Below are positions 47,953 to 57,172 of a stretch of 64,000 nt of DNA, piece after piece. The translations under genes and the position numbers were made by a program. The DNA comes from Ignavibacteria bacterium. GTDB lineage: Bacteria; Bacteroidota; Ignavibacteria; Ignavibacteriales; SURF-24. A model generated the notes under the pieces. That model saw nothing but the letters and a program-made list of their open reading frames with translations, was not told where the DNA came from and did not search any database. The stretch lies in assembly GCA_025612245.1 (NCBI GenBank), contig JAAXKQ010000010.1, forward strand, positions 75,228 through 139,227. Reading direction: 5' to 3'. Numbering within the stretch: the stretch's first letter is position 1; the number at the start of each line of letters is the position of its first letter.

Positions 47953-48474
47953 GTTGTCTTTATTTGATTATACATGAAAGGACGGGACAAAAGCCACATT
48001 TGGCCGCAAAGGCTTGACTTTTTATACAATGGAACTCTAAGGAAATTCTCATTTAATATTCCCAAATTCCATATAATTGGAGAGCATATTATATTTTTCA
48101 TAGGAATAAAGCTGAATGAGGTTAACAAGCGCATTCAGCTTTTCATCTCTAAAGCACAAAGCCCCAACATGGGGGGGATATTGTGAAATCTAGATCTCCG
48201 GAAAAATCCACATTGATAAAGTGCGAGCCCTGCAAAAAGCAAAAAGTGATCTTAACCGTATCCTGCCAAAATACTAATGATCCTTGAGGGATTCTACAAG
48301 ATAGGAATCCAATGGCATAATAGGAGCATTTTCAACGAATCCCATAACCTAGGGAGGGTCGTAAGAGGTAAACAGAATAATTAATTTCGCATAAGGTCTC
48401 CTTAATAATTAGTAAAATGTGCTAAACTACCATTCCGGGGAATAAGATTTTCTAAATACCCATTATTTTAATTT

Positions 48475-48930
48475 TTAATCTGAAGACCTCTTAACCCGTG
48501 ACCTCCCACTTAATTTTAGATTTTCCTCTTTAAGAACCTCTATTTCAGCTTCCAGAAGAAAAATTTTCTTATTTAACTGTAGAACTGTACTAATTAGATC
48601 GGATTGTATATTATCCCCCTGGCTGGGGGAGGAATTGTTAATATGCGTTGGACCAATATGGGAAACTTGGCCTGTCCCGGAGGGAACGGCCATATTATCG
48701 ACATTATGCTCAACCTTAGCAGCTACATCTTCGCCTTTCAGCAACCAATCAATAGTCACATTGCAGATTTCGGATATTTTTACCAGAGTATCAGAATCCG
48801 GTTCGCTTTTACTGTTTTCCCAGTTACTGACGGTTTGTTTGTTCTTAAAACCCAGAGCTACCGCTAACTGTACTTGAGTCATGTTTATGGCCTTGCGGGC
48901 TTTAGTTATCTGTTTTTCAACTATTGACAT
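48475..48930 (-). CDS. XRE/Cro-CI family HTH regulator
   Basis: ARKAINMTQVQLA..LG...QTVSNWE...EP......IS...NVTIDWLLKG; C-terminal coiled coil. Confidence 0.88.
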   Translation of the reverse strand: MSIVEKQITKARKAINMTQVQLAVALGFKNKQTVSNWENSKSEPDSDTLVKISEICNVTIDWLLKGEDVAAKVEHNVDNMAVPSGTGQVSHIGPTHINNSSPSQGDNIQSDLISTVLQLNKKIFLLEAEIEVLKEENLKLSGRSRVKRSSD

Positions 48931-49383
48931 TTTTAGATGATCAAAAATTTAGAAAGAGTTTTGGGAATAAGGACATAGTCTAAAAATTATTTTCTTTTAT
49001 AAGTATCCATAATGATGACAAGAATGAGAAAAATGTATGGAAAATGAGTATAATCTTCAAGAGCAGATGGCAGAATATTTAACAGTATAGCTAGATATAT
49101 GTACTACTTATACAAAGGATATTTTATTCAGTGCTCATTTCGGCAACCCTTACAGGTAATTCATTAGGAATAAGAACCAAAATTCAATTTGCTTAATATT
49201 AAAATAAACTTTAAGTTGAAAGTCGTTTGTATGGATACCCCATGATTCCATGTAAATAGCTTATCTTTTGACTTCAATTACTCTGAATTGTAACTAAGGC
49301 ATTCAATGTTCTCTAACAATGGTTTTAAAAGTATTCATATATAGTTCACTATTAACTCATTTTCTAATATTTGGGGAGTCAAT

Positions 49384-51285
49384 ATGAAACTGTTATCCTT
49401 AACCATTGAAAACTTTAGATGCTACAAAGAAAAGTTCAAAGTTGAGTTTAATGACTTTACCACGTTGATTGCAAAAAATGATTCGGGTAAGTCGGCCATT
49501 TTAGATGCAATGAATGTATTCTTTAACGACACCTCTTTGGACCCAGGCGACATAAGCGTTGGCTCCAGTACAGATGAAATTACTATTTCTTGCGAGTTCA
49601 CTGATGTCCCACAAAAGTTAATTATAGATGCGGCATATGAGGTAGATCTAAAGAATGAGTATCTGCTAAATTCAAATAATAATCTGGAAATTATTAAAGT
49701 CTATGCGGGCGGGAAGCCCAAACCAAAGGAAATTTTCCTCAAAGCTCATCATCCAAGTGCAACAAACGCAAGTGATTTATATCAGCTAACAATTGATAAG
49801 TTAAAGAAAAGAGCTAAAGACCTTGGCGTAAGTTTAGATGATGTTAACCAGACGATAAAGGCAGAAATCCGTAACAAAATATGGAGCTCATTTATGAATC
49901 TCCATTTATTAGAGCAACGGATACAGTTGAAAGACAAAGATGAAGACCAGAAGAGAATGTGGGAAAAAATTAAAGCTGAAATGCCATTATTTGCATTATT
50001 CAAATCTGACAGGGCAAGCACAGACCAAGATGACGAGGCACAAGACCCGATGAGGGTCGCAATAAAAGAAGCTTTAGAAGCTCAACGGCCAGAACTTGAA
50101 AGAATAATTAATTATGTAAAAGAAGAAGTTGAAAAGGTAAGTAAGGCAACCGTCAATAAGTTAAAAGAAATGGACCCCAGCCTGGCCAGTGAATTGAACC
50201 CTAAAGTTCTGGATTCTGCATGGGACAAAATTTTCAAAGTAAGCTTAACTGATGAAACACAGGTTCCTATTAACAAACGTGGTAGCGGAGTAAGGAGATT
50301 AATCTTAGTTAACTTTTTTAGAGCAAAAGCAGAGCAGGCAGCAATAGAGAGAAAATCCCCTGGTATCATATATGCCATTGAAGAGCCTGAAACCTCTCAG
50401 CACCCCACAAACCAAGTGATGTTACTTGAGGCATTATTAGAATTGGCGGATATCAATAACTGCCAGGTAATAGTATCTACCCACACACCTACTTTGGTTC
50501 GTTTAATACCATCTACTTCTATTAGATACATAGAGAAATCAGCAGATGGGAAAAGAGTACTCCATAAAGATGATGATGCTACATTAAAGAGGATAATAAA
50601 AGATCTGGGTATTCTGCCAGATCACGATGTAAAATTATTTCTGGGTGTCGAGGGCTCAAATGATATTAACTTTTTGAAAGAGCTTTCGAAAATTCTTTCA
50701 CAAAAAGAACCTGATATTCCAAATCTAGAATTATTGGACAATTTAGGAGAAATATTATTTGTCCCCCTGGGAGGGTCTAATTTAGCTCTTTGGACGGATA
50801 GATTAAAAGGTTTCAATCGTCCTGAAATCCATATATTTGATAGGGATACTGAGCCACCAAAAGAACCGAAATATAAGAAAATCGCTGATGCTATAAATAG
50901 CAAAGAAAATAGTGAAGCTTTTATTTTATCTAAGCTGGAGATAGAAAACTATTTGCATCCAACTGCTATACAAAGTGCACGTCCAGAAGTTGATATTACT
51001 TTTGGAGATTATGATGATGTCCCATCTATGGCAGCTCAAAAAGTACATGAAAAAAGTGGTTCTCCAAAACAATGGAAGATCTTAGATGATGAGACTAAAA
51101 AGAAAAAAGAATCTGCCAGCAAGAAGTGGCTAAATGCAATGGCAGTAAAATATATGACTCCAGAACTTCTAACTATTCAAGATCCACAAGATAACATGCG
51201 CAACATTCTAAGGAGAATAAATGAATGTGTCCAGAACCCAATGATCATTAATACTCAAAAGGCAGAAATTGGGAGTGAGAAATAA
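49384..51285 (+). CDS. OLD-family ATP-dependent nuclease (ABC ATPase + TOPRIM)
   Basis: IENFR, KNDSGKS, RGSGVRR, IEEPETSQHP, STHTP, VEGSND, FDRD, EIENYL. Confidence 0.9.
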   Translation: MKLLSLTIENFRCYKEKFKVEFNDFTTLIAKNDSGKSAILDAMNVFFNDTSLDPGDISVGSSTDEITISCEFTDVPQKLIIDAAYEVDLKNEYLLNSNNNLEIIKVYAGGKPKPKEIFLKAHHPSATNASDLYQLTIDKLKKRAKDLGVSLDDVNQTIKAEIRNKIWSSFMNLHLLEQRIQLKDKDEDQKRMWEKIKAEMPLFALFKSDRASTDQDDEAQDPMRVAIKEALEAQRPELERIINYVKEEVEKVSKATVNKLKEMDPSLASELNPKVLDSAWDKIFKVSLTDETQVPINKRGSGVRRLILVNFFRAKAEQAAIERKSPGIIYAIEEPETSQHPTNQVMLLEALLELADINNCQVIVSTHTPTLVRLIPSTSIRYIEKSADGKRVLHKDDDATLKRIIKDLGILPDHDVKLFLGVEGSNDINFLKELSKILSQKEPDIPNLELLDNLGEILFVPLGGSNLALWTDRLKGFNRPEIHIFDRDTEPPKEPKYKKIADAINSKENSEAFILSKLEIENYLHPTAIQSARPEVDITFGDYDDVPSMAAQKVHEKSGSPKQWKILDDETKKKKESASKKWLNAMAVKYMTPELLTIQDPQDNMRNILRRINECVQNPMIINTQKAEIGSEK

Positions 51286-51625
51286 GGGCAGTGCCCTTAT
51301 TTAAATATTTATCAGCTGCTATTAATTATCACCCAGGAAACGATATATATACGGGAGGATACAATGGCGTAATAGGGCATTTTAACGGGAAGAGGCTGAA
51401 TTTGAATATAAGTGTATACTAGGACCAGCAGGAGTTTCACATCTATGATATTATTGTTCTCAAGGACAAGGTGTTCTGTGCAGGATAGGGAGGTACGGGT
51501 TTTATGAACAGAAATGGAGTAATCTATACCGGAACAAGGTAATCTTAGGTGAATAACTAGTCCTAAATGAACTATTCATTTCTCACAAACAAAAGGATCA
51601 TCATGATCTTACTCCCGCAAAGTGC

Positions 51626-51958
51626 TCATTCAGTTAAGAGTATTTTCCTTTTCATAAGCTTAAATTCGTCAAGAATCTTATAGTCTAAAGTCGAATGTCT
51701 TCTTTCCATATTGTAGAAGACATCAATCAGCGTTAAAGGATTTTTAGAACTAACATCTGTCGTAAATAAAAGGAGCATTATCCCCGGGTAAATGAAATAG
51801 CCGGTATATTCTAACTCACTTAGTTTCATGGTTAATCTAAATATCAATTTAAAGATTGCGGGTTTTACAGAGCTCATGGTTTTTAACAGCCTGGGACAAA
51901 AAATAGTCACTATTCTTGCCGAAAATAATCCTTTCGGCAATATTAAGTTCTCTTTCAT
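51626..51958 (-). CDS. Hypothetical protein, possibly a degraded gene remnant
   Basis: 110-aa ORF with one hydrophobic stretch; no recognisable motif. Confidence 0.25.
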   Translation of the reverse strand: MKENLILPKGLFSARIVTIFCPRLLKTMSSVKPAIFKLIFRLTMKLSELEYTGYFIYPGIMLLLFTTDVSSKNPLTLIDVFYNMERRHSTLDYKILDEFKLMKRKILLTE

Positions 51959-52094
51959 ACAGATTACTTAAGTAGTAGAGATTTTTTCGTCCTGATGAAA
52001 AAGAGTATGCCTCTCCGCAAAGAGAAAATTTTTCGTTAAAATTAGTGCCAGGGGAAGCCTAAAGAAAGCTGCATTATTTATGAGTTAATCCGGC

Positions 52095-52147
52095 TATAAC
52101 GGCGCACTAATTATGAGATTTTAAAGCATTGAATATGAGATTTTAAA
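52095..52147. repeat. Putative terminus of a transposable prophage with tandem transposase-binding repeats
   Basis: TATGAGATTTTAAA twice (52112-52125, 52134-52147; 22-bp period), about 320 bp beyond the last tail gene. Confidence 0.55.
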
Positions 52148-52467
52148 TGGCCATTTCTTTTATCAAAATACCCTTTATAAAGTATTAGCTCTTAAATACT
52201 CCTAATTGGAAATAAAATAACCGATTTAACAAATAAAAACAGGCTTTAATTGTAGCGCTAAGGATGATCAAACTCCAGACCTCTGGAACACTCTTCAATG
52301 CCGAAAAATTGAGACACTAATTGATATAGAACAAGTTGCAGGCTCATACTCGTGGCATATACTTTTATTTACTACAAGCTGGCAAATTCATAGAAGCCAG
52401 GAAATTTACTCTTTCTAAGTAATGTTTTTAAGCAACGATTCAATTATTTGAAATTTCCTGCCTCCTC

Positions 52468-55035
52468 TTAGAAGACTACTACCACAGCAATAGCAATTTC
52501 TTTACCAGAACCGACATTCTTTTGTTCTACTCTCAAAGTATGAGAGCCTTGAGTAAGAACTATATTATTCGGGTTATCATCAGGGTTAAGGAATGTGTTG
52601 TAAGCCGGATAATAAACATAGCTTATTGTTGCATTATACGGAGCACCAAAATTTGTCTGGTAACTATAAACCACTCCATCAACTGTAATTTTAGCCGTAT
52701 CCCTGTTATCTGTACCTAAGAACCAGATACCAAAGTGCTTCCCGATCCACGTTATCTCAATATAATCCCCCTGCGCCGAGCTTCTTACAGGCTGCGGATA
52801 TTCCCCTAACTCTGTCCCCCTTACCCTTCCGGCAAGCCCGGCAAGGGTGCCATTTGAGGCCATATTCTCGTCTGGAACCCATGTCCCATGTTTTGTGCTT
52901 CCTGCCTTAACTCCGAATTCATCTGAAAAGTAAGTAGTGCATCCTTCAAAGACGGCTGAATCGGCATTTATGGCGTCAGGGAGAGCGGTTACTATAAGAT
53001 TATTATTATAAATACTGCCGCACAGTGCATGCTTGAACTCATCAGTAAATAGGATACGTCCTATATCCGTCGGATGAATGTATTCTGCAGTATCTCCTGC
53101 ATCGTTTCCTCCAAACCAGTTCCACCAGGATACAAGTCCACGCATTGAAAGTTTACGCATTTTTTCTGCCGTATAGAGGGATGCAAGGCCGTAGTACTTT
53201 GCCAAATGCTCATTCTGCCTTATCATTTCCCGGTCTTTTGTATAAGCTGTATATCTTGATGCGTTAGCCTGGTCTAATTTTTCATAGCATGGAGTGAATA
53301 CCATAATGTCTGTGTTCATGTTGGCAGTCTTCACCCTCCGAATAAGACTCTCAAGCATGGCGTACCTTGTGGAAAGGTTGCCTCCTGCGCTTGTATATTC
53401 AGTCAGTCCCGCCGAGTTGCGGTCATTAGCAAAAGATACAAAGTCGGGATTATGGGCAAGACACATTTTTCCAAGTATTGCCATTGCCTGAGGATCGCTT
53501 GATGCCTCCCCTCCATTGTTTCTTTTTGTTGGAGTTACTCCGAACTTCTGATTTATCCAAGTCACTATTCTTGAAGCGTAGGAAGTGCTCCACCCACCCT
53601 GAGAGGTATCACCTGCATATGTAATGGAATCACCGTGGAATATCACCTGTGGATTCTGTCGGCTTAATATTTTATGGGCCAGGCGCTCTAAGCCTCTGTA
53701 ATTCTTAAAATTCACATAGGAATTATAAAACTTATCCTGGACGTCACCCACATTAAGCTGCGGGAGAATTATTTCAGTTGTGGTGTTATTTAGGACAAAC
53801 TCAAAGCGGCAGACAAGCCCAAATATCCCCTCAAATGTAGTTTCATTCTTAACAATCGGGATAGCTTGCTTTGCAATTAAAAGTTTTTCATAGACGTTAG
53901 CCGTTGCATTAGCTGTGCCAATGGCATCACCCACAACAGCAGAATTCCTGTCAAGGAAATACATTCTTAGTCTTATTGCACCAATTGTGTCACTTTTAAT
54001 GTAAGCCGAGAATGACAGAACATCATCAGGGAATATTTCGCCATCATGATTCCAGAAAAATACGGTCTGAGAAAGTTTAGTATTTGCTCCGCTTGCGCCT
54101 GTTATGCATACAATACTATCCGAAATAGTCCCATCAAGCTCTGCATTATTTATCTTTCTTTTAAGTACCCCCGTCCCTGTAACGGATTTATCCCACCAAA
54201 ACCACTGAATATTTTCTACTGCATCCAGGGGGTATTCAATCCTCTGCTCAAATAAAGGGTCATAAAGAAGATTCTTTATAGTTCTGGCCTTATTGACAAA
54301 TGTTTTTACAGCTTTTTGTGTCGGAATTTTTATATCAGAATTTGACACAAGCGTGCTGTCCGTATCAGCCGTAAAATTAGTGATAGGATCGAGCAGGCAG
54401 TTCGGTCTAATGGTATATTTATTGTACCTTGTGCCGTCATCTGTGTTTATTATATTATAATTGCCGGTCGCCGGGAAAGCCGAATAATCAACACTTATAT
54501 TTATTTTTGCGTTTGGATAGGTGCCGTCTGTGTCAGCGGCTTCAATGTATGTGTCCCCGTTGGCATTCCAGGTGACAGCTATATTCCCGGTATTGAATAC
54601 CTGTATTGATGTATTAGCCCCTGTTACCTTGTGAATAATAATTCTAAATGTCGTGGGCGAGACAATCAGACTTGTAATGGTATATCTCAATGATTTATCA
54701 AATCCATACAACTGAATGCTTTTGATTGCGATATGAAGCTGTAAAATGCTTCTTGCATCTACACCAAAAGTCCCACCATTATAAATGGAAGTATATTCAT
54801 CGGCGTTGGAATAAACGTCGAAATTCTTTTTGACCGGCACCGCATCCTGAGTTTTCTTATCCGCTGCACCCATGGCTCCTTTGGTTGTAGGTGTTGCCTC
54901 AGGCAAACCCTTTCGGATGGACTCGATGTCAAATTTCTTGGTCTTGCCTGTGCTCTTTTCATCTGCACTTGCATAATCTTCAGGCTGCAGGGTGTCTATC
55001 TTTTCTAAAAGGTCTTTTTGCCTTATGTTTTCCAT
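52468..55035 (-). CDS. Phage tail fibre/spike with carbohydrate-binding-like and SGNH/GDSL esterase domains
   Basis: ATPTTKGAMGAADK and SD..IPTQKAVK phage structural motifs; VIFHGDSIT, AND, HPTDIG SGNH blocks; last tail gene. Confidence 0.7.
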   Translation of the reverse strand: MENIRQKDLLEKIDTLQPEDYASADEKSTGKTKKFDIESIRKGLPEATPTTKGAMGAADKKTQDAVPVKKNFDVYSNADEYTSIYNGGTFGVDARSILQLHIAIKSIQLYGFDKSLRYTITSLIVSPTTFRIIIHKVTGANTSIQVFNTGNIAVTWNANGDTYIEAADTDGTYPNAKINISVDYSAFPATGNYNIINTDDGTRYNKYTIRPNCLLDPITNFTADTDSTLVSNSDIKIPTQKAVKTFVNKARTIKNLLYDPLFEQRIEYPLDAVENIQWFWWDKSVTGTGVLKRKINNAELDGTISDSIVCITGASGANTKLSQTVFFWNHDGEIFPDDVLSFSAYIKSDTIGAIRLRMYFLDRNSAVVGDAIGTANATANVYEKLLIAKQAIPIVKNETTFEGIFGLVCRFEFVLNNTTTEIILPQLNVGDVQDKFYNSYVNFKNYRGLERLAHKILSRQNPQVIFHGDSITYAGDTSQGGWSTSYASRIVTWINQKFGVTPTKRNNGGEASSDPQAMAILGKMCLAHNPDFVSFANDRNSAGLTEYTSAGGNLSTRYAMLESLIRRVKTANMNTDIMVFTPCYEKLDQANASRYTAYTKDREMIRQNEHLAKYYGLASLYTAEKMRKLSMRGLVSWWNWFGGNDAGDTAEYIHPTDIGRILFTDEFKHALCGSIYNNNLIVTALPDAINADSAVFEGCTTYFSDEFGVKAGSTKHGTWVPDENMASNGTLAGLAGRVRGTELGEYPQPVRSSAQGDYIEITWIGKHFGIWFLGTDNRDTAKITVDGVVYSYQTNFGAPYNATISYVYYPAYNTFLNPDDNPNNIVLTQGSHTLRVEQKNVGSGKEIAIAVVVVF

Positions 55036-55075
55036 CTATTAAACTCCGTTTTGTGTGGATTTAATTGCTTTTTAA

Positions 55076-57160
55076 TTAGTAGCTGGATGACGTGTAATTC
55101 TCATCCACCTGGGGGATCAGGACCGTGCCGGCGTTGTAGTCATACCCCTCTATCGAGACTATTTCCATGTCAATTGTGTTGGCGGCCAGGTCGAAGCTGA
55201 GCCTTGTTGCAAAGAATCGCATGCCGTTGTACTTAAAGGTATTAAGCAGCTCCCAGCCGAGCATGTCCCAGGTAATGTTGTTTATACTAATTGAATAAGC
55301 TACGTGCCTTTTACCGTAAAAGTTAAAGTACTCCGTGGCCTTAAGCTCAGCGTAACGGTTAAGGATGTCCTCCTGCGTCCCATCAGGAAGCTCCGGATCT
55401 GAAAGGGTGCCGTCCTTGTTTACCGTTATCCCATACTTCTTCAGGGAAATAAGGTCAATTACAAGGTCTTTATTTATGCTATTCCTGGGCTTCGTATTGC
55501 TCTTCTTCTTTACTGCAAACTTTCCTTTTATGTATTCACCGGCAACATTGTCATATATCCAGCTGTCAACATTTATTTCACATGCATCACACAGCTTGTC
55601 CCAGAATAGGCGCTTTGAGCGTTTGCTTACCACTACCGGCAGCTCTATATCGAGCGAGGGATCCGTGAAGTTAAAGCCGTCCTTGTTCCGGATTAAAAGG
55701 TTTCCCGCGCTGTCAAAAACCACGTAGCTAAGTAGCGTGTTTGAAAGAAATACAAGCGCATCGGCGGGCTCCTTGTCGAAGGGAAGAGGACCTATTAACT
55801 TTTCAAAATTGTAGAGAGGAATAGGATAGTTCTGAAGCACGGTGCCCCCGGTGGACATAATCTTATTTACTAAGTCTACATCTCCCCATACGCTTTTAAC
55901 AAACAGGTATAAAATACTTATCGCATTGAAATTTGTAAGCGTATCAACTCCACCAATGTTCTCTATTATTCCTATTTCCCCGCCATAATAGGTCCTGTCG
56001 TAATAAACAAATTGTGTATGCGAATAATTTTTTGGAACTATTGCACTTCCCTCTGACGTATTGTAAATAAAATTATTAAAGTCAGTGTCAAAGGTAAATA
56101 TCTTAAACTTATTGTAAGTAACATCCCGAAATGTTACGGATGGTCCTAACGGATCTGCTGTAAAGTGAAATATTAGGGAAGCAGTCGTAACCAGGTAGCT
56201 TTCCGTAACTAGAGCAATTCTCTGGTCTTCAAGTTCCTTGTCTACATCATCGGGATGTATTATAATGTCACCAATCTTGTAAAGTGTTTCTGTGAGATTA
56301 CTGTGCTGCGAATAGTCGCTCTTAGAAAAAAACACTCCAAATTCCTTTATATATGCAGGTGTAGCGTCATCCATAAGCATCCAGCCAACTATTTTATCCT
56401 TATAGGGAAGTGCAATTACCCTTGAAAGCGTGCTCGTTAGTTCTCTTTGCTTACTTGTAGAATCCAAAAGACTCATGGCGCTGAATTTGTCCAGTGCATC
56501 AAAGGTGACTCTTTTTATTATTTCTCCAGACTTATATCTTACCTCCGGGAACTCTATAGACTCAAAATCAATCATCCCCTCAAACCGTGTATATGCCTGA
56601 TCGGCCTTGAAGTTGACAGAAATATAGTTCCCCAGATTATCAACGAGGAGCTTGTAGTCATGAGTAATAATCGGAATCGGATTGGCAAAAAAGTCCTTTT
56701 TTACCGCCTGAAACCTCAAGACACAGCGTCTTTTGCTGTCAATGTCCGTTTCAAGCGCTGCATAAACCGGGTTAAGGACCTCCACGCCATTTACCATAAT
56801 TGAAGGGACATAATAAAATTCGAAAGATACACTGTCAAAGGTTATAACGGACGCCTCGGCGGGCTTATCGCTTTCTGCCTCTTCCTCTAGCTGGTTAAAA
56901 CTTATAAGCCAGGGTGTCCAGTCCTGGAAGAATTTCTTTTTCTCAAATGTGGAAGAAAGGGCGCGGTCGAGGGTAAGGGAGGTATCAGACTCGACCGAGA
57001 GGACTTTACCGATAAATCCCGGCCCGTCCACTTCAAGAAGTGTCCCGGCCGGGATCTTTGTGAACTCCGTTCCTTCGCCTGTAAGCGTGGCCAGGCCGAT
57101 CGTGCCGCTAACCACATTGCTGAGGCCGTCATATTCCCTGTATAGTGTCTTAACTCTCAT
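55076..57160 (-). CDS. Phage tail tip/hub protein (putative)
   Basis: 694 aa, between tape measure and fibre; G.GT.FT motif; beta-rich. Confidence 0.55.
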   Translation of the reverse strand: MRVKTLYREYDGLSNVVSGTIGLATLTGEGTEFTKIPAGTLLEVDGPGFIGKVLSVESDTSLTLDRALSSTFEKKKFFQDWTPWLISFNQLEEEAESDKPAEASVITFDSVSFEFYYVPSIMVNGVEVLNPVYAALETDIDSKRRCVLRFQAVKKDFFANPIPIITHDYKLLVDNLGNYISVNFKADQAYTRFEGMIDFESIEFPEVRYKSGEIIKRVTFDALDKFSAMSLLDSTSKQRELTSTLSRVIALPYKDKIVGWMLMDDATPAYIKEFGVFFSKSDYSQHSNLTETLYKIGDIIIHPDDVDKELEDQRIALVTESYLVTTASLIFHFTADPLGPSVTFRDVTYNKFKIFTFDTDFNNFIYNTSEGSAIVPKNYSHTQFVYYDRTYYGGEIGIIENIGGVDTLTNFNAISILYLFVKSVWGDVDLVNKIMSTGGTVLQNYPIPLYNFEKLIGPLPFDKEPADALVFLSNTLLSYVVFDSAGNLLIRNKDGFNFTDPSLDIELPVVVSKRSKRLFWDKLCDACEINVDSWIYDNVAGEYIKGKFAVKKKSNTKPRNSINKDLVIDLISLKKYGITVNKDGTLSDPELPDGTQEDILNRYAELKATEYFNFYGKRHVAYSISINNITWDMLGWELLNTFKYNGMRFFATRLSFDLAANTIDMEIVSIEGYDYNAGTVLIPQVDENYTSSSY

Positions 57161-57172
57161 TTTCCGGTGCTC

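Noticed and set aside
49384-51285. Gabija or retron system
   Set aside because: No GajB/UvrD helicase or reverse transcriptase adjacent.
51300-51958. Degraded membrane protease pseudogene
   Set aside because: Only faint hydrophobic fragments across frames; cannot be supported without a search.
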